Shown: piece by piece, positions 62,628-64,000 of the stretch
Position numbering within the stretch: the stretch's first letter is position 1
Layout: every line of letters starts with the position of its first letter
From: an uncultured delta proteobacterium
GTDB taxonomy: Bacteria; Desulfobacterota; Binatia; Binatales; Binataceae
Assembly: GCA_963724765.1 (NCBI GenBank)
Contig: CAVRVY010000004.1
Coordinates: 512,001 to 576,000 of the forward strand
Reading direction: 5' to 3'
DNA: 64,000 bases
Position numbers and translations under genes: made by a program
The notes under the pieces: model-generated
Seen by the model: only the letters and a program-made list of their open reading frames with translations
The model's database searches: none
Told to the model about the DNA's origin: nothing

Positions 62628-62885
62628 ATGAGGCCATACCAGATCGCCGCGGTGGCTCTGTTGGGTTGGGCTTTTATCGTCACTGAACCTAGCCCGCGCA
62701 CGATCAAGACCGGCTTTTCAACCAAGGAGGCCTGTGAAAAAGCCGCCGACAACTGGCGAGCCAATTACACGCGCCAAGTCAAGCTGGCCAACCAGACGAA
62801 ATATCCGAATAGCCGCCGGCGCCTGGCGCGGGCCGTGCCGCCAACTGAATGTGTTGAGCAGGCAAAAGCGCATTCCGAGAATTGA
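62628..62885 (+). CDS. Small secreted hypothetical protein
   Basis: GGAG RBS, hydrophobic N-terminus ending GW, F.TKEACEKA...ECV Cys pair. Confidence 0.6.
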   Translation: MRPYQIAAVALLGWAFIVTEPSPRTIKTGFSTKEACEKAADNWRANYTRQVKLANQTKYPNSRRRLARAVPPTECVEQAKAHSEN

Positions 62886-62958
62886 GATCGTCGCAGATTG
62901 CGTTGAATTGATCTGTACCTGCTCGCCGTCTATACGTGTGACGGATTGAAGCAAAAGT

Positions 62959-63033
62959 CGCGCGCGTGAGGGACTTGAACTCCCGACCCTCAGATCCGAA
63001 GTCTGATGCTCTAATTTGCTGAGCTAACGGCGC
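62959..63033 (-). tRNA. tRNA-Arg(TCG), probably a pseudogene
   Basis: GCGCCGT-TA-GCTC..GAGC-A-TCAGA-CTTCGGA-TCTGA-GGGTC-GGGAG-TTCAAGT-CCCTC-ACGCGCGC; D-loop lacks GG, A:C mismatch in T-stem, extra base in acceptor stem, no CCA. Confidence 0.75.
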
Positions 63034-63172
63034 ACGCCGGACAGAAAAATTTCTAACATCGAAGTTGAATAGTGCGATCTGGTCGCAAGTCGTAAGCACG
63101 ATCTTGGCCGCGCGGCCCAGCTACGAGCACGTTCCGATTGACCACGATTATTTGTCCGCATAAGCTTCGATC

Positions 63173-63349
63173 ATGAGGCTGTTCAACCGTCACTTGTTTA
63201 TCCTCGTAGTCAGCGTCGGGGCCTGCGTGACGACGACTGGATGTTTCTCTTGCACCGAGGTGCATAACCCGCCGCCCCAAGTTACCATCCAGCAATCGCC
63301 CCCCGTTGTGGTCAATCCGGCGCCATCGCCGCCACCCCCGGGCCAGTGA
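63173..63349 (+). CDS. Small Pro-rich putative lipoprotein (58 aa)
   Basis: MRLFNRHLFILVVSVGACVTTTGCFSC...PPP; hydrophobic leader with GAC/TGC lipobox candidates. Confidence 0.5.
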   Translation: MRLFNRHLFILVVSVGACVTTTGCFSCTEVHNPPPQVTIQQSPPVVVNPAPSPPPPGQ

Positions 63350-63667
63350 CTGTCCTGAGTGGTTTCAAAACAGCACGCTTCTTAGCCTGCGTTCCAGAAT
63401 CGACGTTACGAGCTGGACATCAATATCTCTCAGCAGGAGGGCACCGGATACGACCCTGGCGATGTTCCTAAAGGTTTCAATGGAACGGAATTTGACAAAG
63501 TGCACGCGCGCCTCGAACGCGTCTCGCGGCTGGTTAACTTGGGGACGCCGCACCGCCGCTGCAAAGTATCGGGTTAGTTGCAAGGCGGGAAGCGCAATTG
63601 CTCATGGCGCTCGTTCAGATTCCTTCCCGTAGGCAGCAGCCGCAAGGATTTGCCGATAAGCTGTGCA

Positions 63668-64000
63668 TCACGGCGCGGAAGAGCATACGCGCACGGCGAA
63701 CGGCGCCTCCTTGCCACGCAACGCTAGCGTGCGTTGCTCCAGGTTGGGAAACTGCCTGGCCACCGCGGCGTAAACCGGTTCGCTCAGCAACGCCTCGCCG
63801 GCTCCCGCGCTCGACGCGAGGCGCGCCGCCGTGTTCACCGAGTCACCCAACGCGGTGAAATCGACCACTCCGTGGCCGCCCACGTTGCCGACGTAGGTGC
63901 GCCCGGAGTTCACCGCCGCTCCGATCGGGATCCACGGGCCGCTCGGCTGTCCATATCCGACCGCCTGCAGGAGTGCGACGGCAGCCTCGGCGGCGTGGCG
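63668..64000 (-). CDS. Class III adenylate/guanylate cyclase, C-terminal part (5'-truncated by the window edge)
   Basis: VNSGRTYVGNVG, DFTALGDSVNTAARL, LRGK. Confidence 0.88.
   Translation of the reverse strand, partial: RHAAEAAVALLQAVGYGQPSGPWIPIGAAVNSGRTYVGNVGGHGVVDFTALGDSVNTAARLASSAGAGEALLSEPVYAAVARQFPNLEQRTLALRGKEAPFAVRVCSSAP

Noticed and set aside
60700-63660. Integron cassette array
   Set aside because: ORFs are in mixed orientation, I found no convincing paired RYYYAAC/GTTRRRY attC sites, and no integrase is in the window.

Overview
High-GC bacterial chromosomal window. Gene content and style (repeated DZR-cyclase-NTPase-TPR genes, many LLM/SDR oxidoreductases, a DUF6178-like gene, a Gld-like ABC next to polA) suggest a deltaproteobacteria-related lineage such as Candidatus Binatota; this is an inference. 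In order it holds: the 3' part of dnaE2; a cupin/qNOR pair; repair and metabolic genes; an NAD-dependent formate dehydrogenase operon (fdsG-B-A-D-fdhD) facing a nitrate-reductase-associated-family gene; thiD; two large class III cyclase/STAND-NTPase genes, one frameshifted; rlmE, pcrA and an L,D-transpeptidase; sugar-nucleotide genes; acpS; a Gld-like ABC system; polA; an ECF sigma/anti-sigma locus; a flavin-monooxygenase catabolic cluster; and a lower-GC tail of small secreted ORFs with a decayed tRNA-Arg(TCG). No CRISPR, rRNA, transposase or integrase was seen. The most unusual signals are: (i) four consecutive, sequence-unrelated ~20-21 bp hairpins at 37746-37969 (three perfect, one with a single bulge); (ii) a REP-like palindrome pair translated in-frame inside dnaE2, with intergenic relatives elsewhere in the window; (iii) a candidate -1 frameshift joining a ferredoxin to a GNAT; (iv) an exported DUF151-PDZ lipoprotein. 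All protein family calls come from motif recognition by eye, not database searches.
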